From: an uncultured delta proteobacterium
Lineage (GTDB): Bacteria > Desulfobacterota > RBG-13-43-22
Direction of reading: 5' to 3'
DNA: 64,000 nt
Assembly (NCBI GenBank): GCA_963743305.1
Contig: CAVUPH010000026.1
Location: 1 to 64,000, forward strand
The translations under genes and the position numbers were made by a program. Below the pieces are notes generated by a model. It did not search any database. It was not told the origin of the DNA and saw only the letters and a list, made by a program, of their open reading frames with translations. Positions 40,699 through 51,023 of this stretch are shown here, in pieces. Positions within the stretch are counted from its first letter, which is position 1. The number at the start of each line of letters is the position of its first letter.

Positions 40699-41075
40699 GG
40701 CCGTTCTTCGGTCTGGAGACTGACCCGTTTAAACTGAAGTCCTTTGACCAGATCCAGGACATCGACAAACCCCTGTAGGGCGATCTGCCGATCCGCCCGG
40801 ATCAGGATCGGGATATTCCTATTCTGCCCCTCCAGGCCCTGTCTCAACCCATCCAGGGCCACCGCTTTAGCGTTCAAGAACAGCCCCCCCTGACGGTCGA
40901 TCGCAATGGTCTGGGTCCGCAGCATCTCCCCCTGGCTTTTGACCACTTTGGGCAGATCGATAGGAATCATCCCGGTGGCGATAAAGGATGAAGTGGTCAA
41001 AACGATCGCCAGCAGAACCAGCATGACGTCCACCAGCGGGATTACATTGATATAATCAAACTCTTTTTCTTCCAT
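40695..41075 (-). CDS. exbD: Biopolymer transporter ExbD
   Basis: INVIPLVDVMLVLL and IRAD. Confidence 0.93.
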   Translation of the reverse strand: MEEKEFDYINVIPLVDVMLVLLAIVLTTSSFIATGMIPIDLPKVVKSQGEMLRTQTIAIDRQGGLFLNAKAVALDGLRQGLEGQNRNIPILIRADRQIALQGFVDVLDLVKGLQFKRVSLQTEERP

Positions 41076-41490
41076 TCAGAACGTCCCAGTCCAGGAGCAA
41101 CACCTTGACCTTGCGCAACAGGAAATTATACAAGGTCACCGAGGGAATGGCCACCAGCAATCCCACGGCCGTGGCCTTCAGGGCCAGGGCCAGGCCCACC
41201 ATGATCTTACCGGTATCCATGAACCCTTCCAACCCGATGGTATAAAAGGTCAGCATGATCCCTAAAACGGTCCCGAGCAGGCCGATATAGGGCGCGTTGC
41301 TTCCAATGGTGGCGATCAGGTAAAGTTTTCCGGTCAGTTCCTTTTCCAGACCGGGTTTGTCGGGGAAGTCTTCTAAGCGTATACGCCGATAAACCAGGTG
41401 GCGTTCCAGGGCTACGCTCAGGGCCACGATGCTCAGCAGAATCAGGAACCCGATGATCCCGTAATCGACCGCAATTTTCACCCATTCCAT
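41056..41490 (-). CDS. exbB: TonB system ExbB (short type)
   Basis: NAPYIGLLGTVLGIM and ALKATAVGLLVAIP. Confidence 0.93.
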   Translation of the reverse strand: MEWVKIAVDYGIIGFLILLSIVALSVALERHLVYRRIRLEDFPDKPGLEKELTGKLYLIATIGSNAPYIGLLGTVLGIMLTFYTIGLEGFMDTGKIMVGLALALKATAVGLLVAIPSVTLYNFLLRKVKVLLLDWDVLNGRKRV

Positions 41491-41496
41491 AATTCG

Positions 41497-43568
41497 CTAG
41501 AACTTTCCGGTAACACCTGCCCAGAAAGCCCGTCCAGGACCGGGAAACCCGAATTCCGGCTCGTAGTTGATGTCAAAAATATTGTTCACCGCCACGTACA
41601 CCTCGAACCATTTCAGGATCGGCTGGGTGACCTTGAAGTTGGTCAGGAAATAGTCCCCGGTTTTCAGCGTGGGCACGGTCTTATTCTGGGGTGTGGGAAG
41701 CTGGGAATAGGCCTCGCCCACATACAATCCGATCAGGTCCAGCTTGGTTTTAACCTGAGGGATGACATATTGTACCCCGAGGTCCAACTTGTGCTGGGGG
41801 GAGAAGGTTACGTCGTCGGTGACCCGTCCGTCACTTTCATTCTTAGAATCGATATAGGCGTAATCACCCCGCAGGAGTCAGACCGTCCAACGGATATACG
41901 GCACCGCCCACTTCGATACCCATCCGCTTCACGTTCCCGTAGTTTTGATAGTTGCCGAGAATGCCAGGGGCATCGCGGGAGATCAGGTCGGTGACGTCAT
42001 GATAGAATAAGGCGAACTCCAATTGGCCCACCTTGCCCAGGGCCTGATCCACACCCACCGTATAGTTGATGCTTTTTTCCGAGGCCAGGTCGGTATTGCC
42101 GCCTTTGCTGGAGTAAAGCTGTTGCAGGGTCGGGAAGCGGGATTTACGGGCGATGCGAACCGAAGAGTTTGGTCCCGTCGGCCACCTGGTAATTCAACCC
42201 GATCATGGGATTGAATTCGCTGGTGTTGGGTTGGGGGTTGGAGATCTGGCGCACGAAGTTACCCGTTTTGGAGTCCGTGACGTTCTTCTGGGCCTGAGTC
42301 ACGTCGAACCAGTCGTAGCTGACTCCGCCCACCAGAGATAGATTTTTTACCAGGGTGAATTCGTCTTCCAGACCCCAGGATCCGGTGTAAGACTTGGACT
42401 CCGCAAAGGGCAGATAGGCATCGTCCCGCTCCTGGTGGTTGTCCTCCTTGTAATGCAAGGACATTCGCAGGTTGTTCCATTTCACCGGCTGGTAATCGAC
42501 AAAATAGGAGCCGCCCAGTGATATAATCCTCATAGCGGCTGACGGCGATCTGTTTGGTCAGGGCCGAATCGGCATAAGAAACGTAATCGTCGTTATGATG
42601 GTGATAAAAGAGCTTGGCCTTCATATTCCACTGGTCGTTCAACCGGTGCCTCCCGTCCAGGTCGACCCCCCAATCCTCATAATTCTGGATCCGGACGTTG
42701 GCCGTGGAAAACGCCGGACGGTTGGTAAACACCGGTTGCTATCAGGTGGAGGCCGGCGACCCTTTGTCTCGGTTCAGGTAGTGGAAATTGGCGAAAAATT
42801 CGAATCCTTTATGGGGGTCGCTCCGATTTTGGCCCAGAAGTTTTTGCTGGTTATGTCGGAATTGTCCCGTTTTCCCCCGTCTTCAAAGACGACGGTGCTT
42901 TTCCCCGCCCGGGCTGCGGGTCAGAGTCCCTTTTCTGGGCTTATAATCGTCCGAGAGATTCCAACCGTCCGACTTCAGGTAGCTGGCACTCAGCCACCAG
43001 TTCCAGATACCGGTCTTCATGCCGTGGGTGGCCGAGAGGCGGTAGGTGTTGTTTTCGCTGAATTCCATGGTGGCGCTGGTGAACGGTTTTTCCGAGGGTT
43101 GCCGGGTGATGATGTTGATCACCCCGGCCAGGGCATTGGCCCCGTACAGGACCGAGGCGCCGCCCTTGATGATCTCGATGCGGGCTACGTTGTCGGTGGG
43201 AATCTGGTTTAGGTCCAGTTTCCCGACATTGGTTTCGTAGTAGGGGACCCCGTCCATCAGGATCAGCGCCTCGGATTGATCGAACCCTCGAATCGAGATA
43301 TTGGGTTCGTTCTTTCGACCGGTGGTCACCGGATCCCCGGCGCATAGCTTAGGGCCTCGGCTACGGTTTTGCTGTTGGTCGCCGGGATGTCTTCGGCGGT
43401 GATCTCGGCGATCACCGTCGTCTCCCGGACCTTGTCCCCCGGCACCACGATCTCACCCAGGGTGTAGGTCTCGAATTCCTTGGGCATCTTTCCCTCGGCC
43501 CAGACCAGACCGGTCCCCCAAAAGAAGAACAGCGTTAACAGCAAACCCATCTTTTCTCTCTTCCTCAT
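41497..43568 (-). CDS. TonB-dependent receptor, multiple frameshifts
   Basis: Signal peptide, TonB-box-like LGEIVV, plug ISIRG..DGVP..RIEIIKGGASVLYGANALAGVINII and C-terminal NNIFD..PGPGR..GKF. Confidence 0.9.
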
Positions 43569-43574
43569 TTTCTC

Positions 43575-44901
43575 CTCCTCATTTTTGGTATTGGCTCTTT
43601 TCAATTTTCGCGACCAGAAAAAATAAAACGGCAACCCCGATAAGGCGATGACCAGCCCCAACAACGAGGTCTGGGGCTTCTCCCAGGAAATCTGCCAGGC
43701 AATCCAGCCGTAGGTCCCGACAAACAGAAGCGGCGTCAGGGGATAACCCCAGGTCCGGTAAGGTCGAAATAGGGCCGGCCTCCTGGCCCGGAGAGTCAAG
43801 TGCGCCAGACCCGTCGCCATCGAGGACACCAGCATGATGAGCACCACATAGCTCAAAAGCTGGTCGAAGCTTCCCCAAAGGACCATACCGGCCGCCAGCA
43901 GTCCCGTGGGTCAAAATCGATCCGTAGGGCGTCCGGTGCCGGGGATGAAGTTTTTTCAAGAACGACCAAAATAGACCGTCCTCGGCCATGGCGTAAAAAA
44001 TCCGTGAGCAGGCCAGGAGGGTGGCATTGATCCCGGAGGCGATGGCCAGTACGATCACCAGGGAGATCGAGTCCGGCGTAAGGCCTGCTGAACAGGGTTT
44101 CCGCCGCCAGTTGACCTACGTTGACCACCCCCTGAAGTTGCGGGATCGGGACGGCATACAGGTAGGTAATGTTCATCAAGGCGTACAATACGGTTACGAT
44201 CAGGGTCCCCGAGAGCAGCGATCCGGGGAACGTTTTTCTCCGGGTCCTTGACTTCACTGCCCACATAGGCCGAGGCGAACCAACCGCTGTAGGTAAAAAT
44301 GACGGCGATCATCGGCGAGGCGAAGAGTTTGGTCCAGGATAGGGTCCCGCCCGGGTCCCCGGAAAAATGTTGCCAACTCCCCTTCCCCAATAGTAGCCCA
44401 CCCAAGACGAACCGACCGATGAGCAACAGGGCGCCCAGGGTAAGATATCCTGGGTGGTGCTGCCCCAGCGTATCCCGCGGTAATTGATCCAGGTAAACAA
44501 GGCGATCACCGCCAGGGCCGGTACCTTTTCCGAACCCGAGCCAATCCCCGGCAGAAACGGTTTCAGGTAACTGACCAGCGCCAAGGTCAAGGCGGCCATT
44601 GAACCCGGAATAATGATCCAAAAGTTGACCCAGCCAAGCAAAAAACCGGCCCAGGACCCGTAGGCCTCCTTGAGGAACTGATAGTCGCCGCCGGCTCGGG
44701 GAAACAAACCGGCCAGTTCGGCATAGGTCAGGGCCCCGCAAAGCGTGAGCAACCCCCCGATGATCGGGATGCCGACAACCAGAAGGGCTGGGGCAGCTCA
44801 CCGGCCAGAAATCCGCTGGTGGTGAAGATGCCGGCGCCCACCACGTTGCCCACCACCAGCAATATGGCATCCGACAGTCTAATGTTTCGATTGAGCGGCA
44901 A
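43575..44901 (-). CDS. APC-family amino acid/polyamine permease, frameshifted
   Basis: GNVVGAGIF, GALTYAELAGLFPRAGGDY, FTYSGW, SRIFYAMAEDG and RPYRTWGYP. Confidence 0.88.
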
Positions 44902-44916
44902 GGATCGGTTTCCCGG

Positions 44917-46702
44917 TTAATGGTGGCGATCCAAAGTCTTGGCCTCCAGGCAGGCCCCGATGTGGGAAATCATGCCCAGCCACTTTTCCTTTTCTTCCCA
45001 GGCGATGGACAGGGCCTTGTCCAGCGTGGTCTTCACCAGGCGCTCGCTGTCGGCAAAGCCCACCCGATAGGCAAAATAAACCGGGTGGCCGGCGGGTAAT
45101 AGCCGCCCAACAGATCCAGCAGGCCTTTTAAATCCTTCAACCCCATGAACAGGGCCAGGGTGTCCCCCTTCTCGACCGCCGCCTTAAGCAACGCCGGGTT
45201 GTCCTTAAGGCCCAGGAGGTGGACAGGAACAACCGCCCTCCCGGCAGGCCAGCTCCTTCCCGATGAGCGCGTTGGCGGCATTGAAGGCGCTGATCCCCGA
45301 GATGAACTCCTTTTCCTGATCTCCCAACCGGGCGGCGATCTGGCGCAGACTCCCATAGATAAAGGGATCCCCGTATTCCAGCAGGGCCACGTTCTTCCCC
45401 TGTTGCAGTTCAGCCTGAATCAGTTTTACCGCTTCTCGATCTTTTTTTCCAGCAGGGTCTCTTTTTCCTTCGGGGACAGCTTGCCCAGCTCCTTTCCATA
45501 AATGGGCTCCGGCATCAAATACTTGAAAGGATCAAACAGGACCGGGCGCCCTCCGATGTAAGCGGACAGACGTTTTTTCAGATCGTCGCTGCAGACGAAG
45601 ACATCAGCCCGGCCCAGGGCCGACAAGGCCTGCTGGGTCAACAGGTCCGGATCGGCGCAGCCCATACTGATCAAGATAGGCCTTGGGTTTCCGGAGCAGG
45701 TTGATGACCTCGATCCGGGAAACGGCCTTCACCCAGCGATCGGCCGACAGGTCGTCGGGGATCACCAGTTTAAACTTGCCGTCCGCCTGAATGGGCTTTC
45801 CTTCCTTGCGGTCGGCGATGATGATTCGCCGGCCCAGGGGATTGAGCAACAGCTCCCCCATGGAGATCAGGGACCGGTACCCGTCCGGTGCCGAAATGAC
45901 CACGGCCAAATTCAGGTCCTTGGTTACCCCGGCCCGGGTGAGCACCTCCATCAAGGGGACCCCTTCAAATCGGAGCAGACCGTGATAGCCTCTCCCCTCG
46001 CCCGCGACCTTGCCCGTCACCTCCACCCGGGGATAGGCCGATAAATCGGTCACGGTCAGCGGGGGTTTGCGGCTCCTGAACCACCGTCAGATCGGGGGCA
46101 AAAAGCTCCTTCATCCGTTTCACCGGCATTTCGAAATGCAGGTCGACCACCTCGATACTGGTCACGTTTTCCAGAGACCGCTCGGTATAGAAATCGTTGG
46201 CCACCACCAGCCTGGGTAAGCCCACCTTTCTTTTCAAGGGATCGTGCCAGACCCGGTAAACCTCCGCTGGGTGACAGGCAGCGCAGTCTCTGAGAGGCAT
46301 GACCGGCTCCGTCTGGAAGGCCACGACGATGTCCGCCGGGTTGCGATAAAACACCTCCCCCCAGACAAGGCCGCCTGTTTCTCCCTCCCGGTTACGGACC
46401 ACGATGGCCATATCCAGCGGTTTACTAAAGGCCGATTCCCCTTTTTGGACCACCGCGGTCTCCAGCAGCTTCCTTCAACGACACCCCCCGGTAGTTGAAA
46501 ACCCCGTGAAAAGTCTTGTCCCGGGTCAGTTCATTCAGGCGCACCGGAATCGATTGGAAGCGAGCCAGATCGGAGAGGCTGAATTGAAGCGGTTGTTTGA
46601 CGGCGCCAATGATATGCAGGCTTTCCAAGGTACCGGCCTCCACCCCGGGAAGCGATCAACAGGAGACTCAGACCAATAAACGACCCATTTCATCTTCTTC
46701 AT
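44917..46702 (-). CDS. Exported multidomain protein: molybdopterin-oxidoreductase-like domains, CxxCH and C-terminal tetrapyrrole methylase fold (frameshifted)
   Basis: Fragments read GLSLLLIAS..VEA; GAVKQPLQFSLSDL..YRGVSL; DCAACHP; FEGVPL..APDGY..LVIPDD..RWVKAV; MGCADPDLLT; GDPFIYG; ISGISAFNAA. Confidence 0.72.
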
Positions 46703-47481
46703 AAAACGATACTCCTTTTTTAAACGGATTTTCGCTGCGGAAAGTACCAGACCAGGGCCAGGATCAGGACAATGAACCCCCAGAAAATGAAGGTGCCGGC
46801 CGGGATCCTGTTTGATGACCACCTTCAACTCCTGACCCGGTTGGGCCTTTTTGGCCATATCCAGATGAAAGGTATATCCCTTCCAGGAGACCGGTTGCAT
46901 GATCTGGAGCTCCCGGGATTTCAGGCTGCCGGCGGCGTCAAACAGCAGAACCGCCCGGCATTGTTTGTAGCATCCCCCGGATAGGTTCCGGACCCGGATA
47001 GCGCTGACAATCTTGACTGATCAACCGGACCATCCCGACGCCCGGAAGCTGGATACCGGTTTTCGGTTTGTTCGGAACGACCCCGTTGAAGCCCACGACC
47101 AGGCTGATCCAGTGCCCGGAAAGGATGACCAGGAAACATAAATGGATCAAGGAAGGGCTGAGTCGGAACGGAAAACGTTCGGACACCGATCTGTCTCCTT
47201 AAAGGCCATAAATGGATCAGTCGTTTCAAAGCGCAGACCACGGTATTGACGCCTAGAAAGAACAGCAGGAGAATAAGACTTCCCAGCCACCAGAGTTGGT
47301 TGATCTGGGAACGACCCACCTGTTGAACCCACTCTTGAATCAACATCTGGTTCAGCGGATTGAAGAAAGTAAAATTAAATTTCAAATAATAGGAACCGAT
47401 CCCCAGGTTGGCAGAAATCAACAAGAGCAACCAGAAGTTGACTTTGACCTCGCCGCAGAAATCCCAAATCTTTTGAAACAT
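46700..47481 (-). CDS. ResB/CcsB-like cytochrome c biogenesis protein, frameshifted
   Basis: N-terminal transmembrane segments, NTVVC, SLIHLCFLVILSGH and terminal QDPG plus a transmembrane segment; follows the ccsA-like gene. Confidence 0.7.
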
Positions 47482-47485
47482 TCCG

Positions 47486-48246
47486 CTATCCCCCGATCCG
47501 TGGCGGCAGGTTGGTTTCGGTCAAGAACCCTAAGTAGCCGTAAAGCAGGATCATTGCCAGCCCGACCAGCGAGAAGCGGGCTTCGGTCCGCAGATTCCAG
47601 ACCGGAAGATAGCGAAGATGCAGCAAAGCCGCATAAAAACACCAGAGTGAAGCGGATTGCAGATGACGGGCGCTCCAGTGCAAAGGGGTGGCCCAGCCTA
47701 GAAAGGCCCAGTAGGCGCCCACCACCTGGGCGCCGCTGAAAAAGATAAACCCCCAGACCAGGAAGGAATGGAAAAGGCGGGCCGTTTCGTCCTGCCGCAA
47801 GTAGATCAGGCCCAACATGCTCCCCGCGATAAAACAGGCGTGGCTGATAACCTCCAGCATAAAGAACAGCCAAGAAAACAAGGTCTGGGTTTTCGGATTG
47901 GGCGGAACCACCCCCAGGGGAAAAAGAAAAGCCAATACCGAGAAGACCACCAGGGGAATCAGTAGCCCGCCGGCGAGAGAGGCTTTCCCGGGAATGAATC
48001 TGAACCCCAAAGCCAGCGCCGCCAGGCACCAGGGCAGGAAAAAACTTTCTTCAAAAAGGGCATAGGGGGACCAAATCCCGACAAGCCCTCCCCGGTTGAC
48101 CAGAAAGACGGTGTGTCCCAGGAAACCGAGCACCAGGCAAGACGAATGGGAATGTATCTCCGCCGGAATAGCCAGGCGACCATTGAAGCGGCATAAAAAC
48201 CCGTTACGAGCGGAAACCCGTTATTTATTGTTATCGAGATCATCAA
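47486..48246 (-). CDS. ccsA: CcsA/ResC-like cytochrome c assembly protein (variant WWD motif), one frameshift
   Basis: GAYWAFLGWATPLHWSARH...WCFYAALLHLR with multiple transmembrane segments. Confidence 0.78.
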
Positions 48247-48283
48247 TTAAAAATTTCCCGGAAACGGGATGAGCGAGAAGAAC

Positions 48284-48328
48284 TATGTCTTTTTCGACAT
48301 GTATGTCAAAACAAGCATATATGTCAAG
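48284..48328 (-). promoter_or_regulatory. Tandem operators ATGTC-N6-GACAT / TATGTC-N6-AGCATA with a TTGACA -35
   Basis: tatgtctttttcgacatgtatgtcaaaacaagcatatatgtcaag; shared with 37416-37442. Confidence 0.75.
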
Positions 48329-48361
48329 AATTTTTTCCGGGGGATCGCAAAAAAATCAATT

Positions 48362-50566
48362 TTACTGGAATCGAGTCTGAAGCGCCTTATAGTTCCAGCC
48401 GAAGGAGACCAGCAGCTCCTCCCCGGCCTTGAGGAGCAGTTCGAGGTATTTCTTTCGATCGTAGGGTTCCTGGCCGGTCAGGAAGGGGGCGGGGACCACC
48501 CGCTCCTCGGGCAGGGCCGCCCCGCTGTCCCGCAGGAGAAAGGACACCCGCTGGCCGGGATGGAGGGTCAACCCCTCGGCCTCCAGTTGCTGGAGGGTCA
48601 GGGCCGACTGGGTAGCCACCCGGTACTGGTCCAGGGGACGGCTGGATCGGCGGGTGATGATCAGTTCCGTGGGGTGGACCCGTCCGTCTTTCAGCAGTCC
48701 GGCGTATTCGCCCAGACGGGTCAGCATTTCCGGCACCTGCTTTTCCAATGTCTGCCGGTCCCCGGCCCGGGCCATCCAACCCAGGAGTTCCTCCTGCACC
48801 TCCCGGACGAAGCGGGGGACGTCCTTGCGGCAGCGGGCGATCCCCCGGGTCTTGAGGGTCCCGTTTTGAAAGGCCCCGAAGTAGCGGTTGGCCACCGGAC
48901 GGCGCGGCTGGACCTTGGAAGGCAGGAAGACGATCCAGTGATAAATTCCCTCCAGACTTATGGGAACCTGGGTCTTTCGCTCGATTTCCTCAAGCAAAAT
49001 GTTAATGTCCCCTTCCGTCAGCCGCTCCCCCTGGAGCCAGAGGGAATCGGTCAGCCCGTGGAGGACCTGGTAGCCCCGGATCTCGGCGCACTCCTTGGCG
49101 ATCAGCAGCTTGTCCCGGCCGAAGGCGGTGATGGCCTCGTGGGCCTCGATCCGACCGAAGCGGGCGTTCTTGTAGCCCAGGTAGCCGAAGCAGGTGACCA
49201 GCACCCACTTCAACCCTTTCTGCAGGGCCTGATAAACGGCCTTCCGCGGATGCCCCTCCTTGATCCGGGCCTTGAGCTCGGTCCGCAGCTTCAGGATCGG
49301 CTCCAAGGTTTCAGGCACCAGGCCTCGACGGCGCCGACAGATATTGTAGCCCGCCTCCGGGACCACCGGTTCTGGGCAGCAGGAACATAGCATGGTTTCG
49401 GGCGAGATATTGTGCCGGACCATGATGGTGGGATACATGGAGGCATAGTCGATCTCGGCCACCCGCTCTCGGAGTCCGATCGGCGGCTGGAAGACCAGCC
49501 CTCCCTTGTCCGCAACCAGAAGGTCCCAGGCGGTCTTGAAGTCCTCGGGCCGCCCCTTTTTCCAGGGGATCAGGATTCCTTTTTGCACCGCCCGGTCGAG
49601 CTGCATGGAGGTGATGGCCGTGCCCGGCGAGGTCCGGGCCAGGGTCTGAACCGGGATCTTGGTCAGTCGCGCCAGAAAGATGGTTCCCTCCAAGCCGCAC
49701 TCCCCCTGGGTGAAGAAAAAGGAATTGTTCCGGTCGATGTGGAAGCGCCCGAAGAGGGGGAAGGCCGCGCCCTGGTAGGCAATCTGCCCGTAAGTAAAGT
49801 AGGAGCGCCCTTCCCCCACCCGCCGGCGCGGCGGAGGGTGGGGGTCCCGGTCCAGGACCAAAGGGATTTTCTCCTTCTCGGACCAGTGCCAGAGACAGGG
49901 AAAGATGCGTCCGTCCCCGTGTTGGGAGAGGAGGCAGTCGGGATCCAGGCGGGCTACGAGTTGGTTGAATTCGGTCAGCAGTTCGGCGGGAGTCAGGCCG
50001 TCCAGTTCGAAGACCCGGTCCTCATAAGTCACCTGCAGGCTGTTGCCCCGCTCCAAAGGGATCTGGGGGTGTTTAGCCAGGGTGAGCTCAACAACTTTTA
50101 GAGAAGGAATCGGAGCATCCGGGTCCCAGGGGGAATGGAGGACCTTGAGACCCCGGAGCTGATTGCGCTCCCATTCGAACTCGCAGAAGGCCAGGGGGAA
50201 GAGGCCCCGCTCGTAGGCGTAGTATTGGGGAACGGCCAGGTCGCAGTTGTAAAAGGTGATCCCGCCGGCCCAGTCGGCCAGGCGCCGCTGGATCTCCGGG
50301 AGCTTCTGCAGGGCCCGGACCTCCAGCTCGAAAACCGGCATTGCTTTGCCGCTCCAGAACTCAGTCCGCCTGGTCCAGCCCGTGCGCCGCAGATACCGGC
50401 CAAGCCCTCTTTCCAGGGCGCTCAGGGCGGACCGGGTCCCCTGGGCGTAAAAGCGGTAGTCGAAATAATCGGTCAGGCAGAGCATCTCCCCGCCCGTTAA
50501 TCGAAACCAGAGGACCATCACGTCCTCGCGCACGTACAAGTCGAAAAGCCAGCCTTTGGCGATCAT
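48362..50566 (-). CDS. polB: Family B DNA polymerase, PolB2-like
   Basis: Motif A DYASMYP, motif B KWVLVTCFGYLG, motif C HGLTDSL (first Asp of DTDS replaced), NRYFG and KTRG; exonuclease motifs look eroded. Confidence 0.9.
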   Translation of the reverse strand: MIAKGWLFDLYVREDVMVLWFRLTGGEMLCLTDYFDYRFYAQGTRSALSALERGLGRYLRRTGWTRRTEFWSGKAMPVFELEVRALQKLPEIQRRLADWAGGITFYNCDLAVPQYYAYERGLFPLAFCEFEWERNQLRGLKVLHSPWDPDAPIPSLKVVELTLAKHPQIPLERGNSLQVTYEDRVFELDGLTPAELLTEFNQLVARLDPDCLLSQHGDGRIFPCLWHWSEKEKIPLVLDRDPHPPPRRRVGEGRSYFTYGQIAYQGAAFPLFGRFHIDRNNSFFFTQGECGLEGTIFLARLTKIPVQTLARTSPGTAITSMQLDRAVQKGILIPWKKGRPEDFKTAWDLLVADKGGLVFQPPIGLRERVAEIDYASMYPTIMVRHNISPETMLCSCCPEPVVPEAGYNICRRRRGLVPETLEPILKLRTELKARIKEGHPRKAVYQALQKGLKWVLVTCFGYLGYKNARFGRIEAHEAITAFGRDKLLIAKECAEIRGYQVLHGLTDSLWLQGERLTEGDINILLEEIERKTQVPISLEGIYHWIVFLPSKVQPRRPVANRYFGAFQNGTLKTRGIARCRKDVPRFVREVQEELLGWMARAGDRQTLEKQVPEMLTRLGEYAGLLKDGRVHPTELIITRRSSRPLDQYRVATQSALTLQQLEAEGLTLHPGQRVSFLLRDSGAALPEERVVPAPFLTGQEPYDRKKYLELLLKAGEELLVSFGWNYKALQTRFQ

Positions 50567-50595
50567 GGGATTGAGGATAGAGTACTTGTCGGGAC

Positions 50596-50749
50596 TTAGA
50601 ACCCGTCAAGAAATAAGCTGTACAATACCGCTAATATCTCCGTTCATGCTGAGCCTGTCGAAGCATGGCCGTATCGTTCACCCTTCGACCAGCTCAGGGC
50701 GAACGGTTGTAGGGCCGCTTTGTCAAGGTTATTTGTTTACAGATCCTTA
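50596..50749. mobile_element. MITE-like element, copy 1 (imperfect ~21-nt TIRs, internal hairpin)
   Basis: Left end ttagaacccgtcaagaaataa versus reverse-complemented right end taaggatctgtaaacaaataa; internal ccgttcatgctgagcctgtcgaag...cttcgaccagctcagggcgaacgg. Confidence 0.7.
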
Positions 50750-50826
50750 GTACTTTGTTGTCAATTGGAAGATAATCTTCCAATTGACAGGGAAAGATTT
50801 AGGTAACCTAACCGATCTGGAGTCGG

Positions 50827-50979
50827 TTAGAACCCGTCAAGAAATAAGCTGTACAATACCGCTAATATCTCCGTTCATGCTGAGCCTGTCGAAGCATTGC
50901 CGTATCGTTCACCCTTCGACAAGCTCAGGGCGAACGATTGTAGGGCCGTTTGTCAAGGTTATTTGTTTACAGATCCTTA
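50827..50979. mobile_element. MITE-like element, copy 2 (near-identical direct repeat)
   Basis: Differs from copy 1 at about 4 positions. Confidence 0.7.
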
Positions 50980-51023
50980 TCGGCAGAAAGCCTGAAGCCA
51001 ACTATTTCCCTCCTAAAGCCTGG

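Noticed and set aside
43326-43886. ORF fusing the APC permease C-terminus to the TonB receptor N-terminus
   Set aside because: The receptor has its own RBS (gaggaggag), an ATG at 43568 and a signal peptide. The fusion is best explained by an indel in a frameshift-rich region.
41497-48246. Programmed frameshifting or selenocysteine read-through as the cause of broken ORFs
   Set aside because: The breaks are numerous frame changes at unrelated contexts, not in-frame TGA codons or consistent slippery sites.
38982-48330. Ordinary cobalamin synthesis or BtuB uptake operon
   Set aside because: There are no other cob/cbi or btuCDF genes, I recognised no cobalamin riboswitch in the short leader, both methylase folds appear exported, and the operator is shared with tupABC. 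A corrinoid ligand is not excluded.
48269-50101. Long plus-strand ORFs (373 and 229 aa) opposite polB
   Set aside because: These are antisense shadows of a GC-rich gene with no recognisable motifs. The same applies to the shadows over the CoA ligases, tupA/tupC and iRadA.
50596-50979. Repeat pair as a CRISPR array or DGR template/variable repeat
   Set aside because: There are only two long units with no spacer series, no cas or reverse transcriptase gene, and the copies are non-coding.
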